DNA of 64,000 nucleotides from Escherichia phage vB_EcoM_LNA6: sequence record OM630585.1; one strand, 5' to 3'. Shown piece by piece: positions 63,591 to 64,000 of this stretch (position 1 is its first letter; each line of letters starts with the position of its first letter). The notes under the pieces were generated by a model. It saw only the letters and a program-made list of their open reading frames with translations, ran no database searches and was not told where the DNA came from. The position numbers and the translations under genes were made by a program.

Positions 63591-63652
63591 ATGCCCTGCT
63601 ATAAGTATTCTTCCTTTCGCTACCGAAGAGTATTTTTAGACAGGGCTTTTTT
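63591..63652 (+). terminator. intrinsic terminator ending tRNA array
   Basis: Long hairpin gccctg...cagggc followed by TTTTTTT. Confidence 0.5.
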
Positions 63653-63778
63653 TACAGAGTTATACTTTATAGGAAGACTTATACAGTATGTCTCTGACGT
63701 ACATTGTGGTTTCTCCTTGACGGTCTCTGTGCCGTCTTTTTTAAGGGGAAACATGGTTAATTATTTGGAGAAAACATA

Positions 63779-63979
63779 ATGAGTGAGACCGTTTACAAAG
63801 AACTTTATGAAGCTAATAAAAAGCTAGAATTTATGCAGAACACTATCATGGCAATTGCAGATAGATTATCTGTAGCAACAGGTATTGATATTAAAGAAGC
63901 ATCTATGGATGCACTTCTTGATGCTGTTGATGCAAAGTTCGAAGTTAAGAAAGAAGAGACTGCTACAGACTCTGAATAA
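63779..63979 (+). CDS. hypothetical protein
   Basis: 66 aa ORF after terminator. Confidence 0.35.
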   Translation: MSETVYKELYEANKKLEFMQNTIMAIADRLSVATGIDIKEASMDALLDAVDAKFEVKKEETATDSE

Positions 63980-64000
63980 TTCTATTTGCGGAGGCGCTTA

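Overview
This window looks like part of a large virulent tailed-phage genome (AT-rich, dense co-oriented gene blocks, no integrase found). All calls are from reading the sequence and ORF track by eye; no tool or database search was run. Left to right: (1) a minus-strand block with DHFR, ATP-dependent DNA ligase and a T7-type DNA polymerase that appears split by an intron carrying an HNH endonuclease; (2) a plus-strand replication/nucleotide block: dNMP kinase, gp4-like primase-helicase, SSB, 5'-3' exonuclease, NrdA/NrdB/glutaredoxin, NrdD split by an apparent group I intron with its own HNH gene, NrdG, a Prs-like + NadV-like pair resembling the NARP1 NAD+-reconstitution anti-defence pathway, rIIA/rIIB, spanins and a macro-domain protein; (3) an array of 13 small genes (42.1-47.9 kb), each behind a reiterated promoter/stem-loop/identical-RBS module; (4) a 1.7 kb ORF-free region packed with short direct repeats; (5) a minus-strand block with T4-type lysozyme and an Ig-like-repeat protein; (6) a vWA/Ro60-like gene followed by an array of about 27 tRNAs covering all 20 amino acids, with embedded small ORFs, repeated spacer modules and a tRNA-like element that could be a Y-RNA-type ncRNA. 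The most novel candidates are the early cassette array, the Ro60-like/tRNA-mimic pairing, and the repeat-dense ORF-free region.
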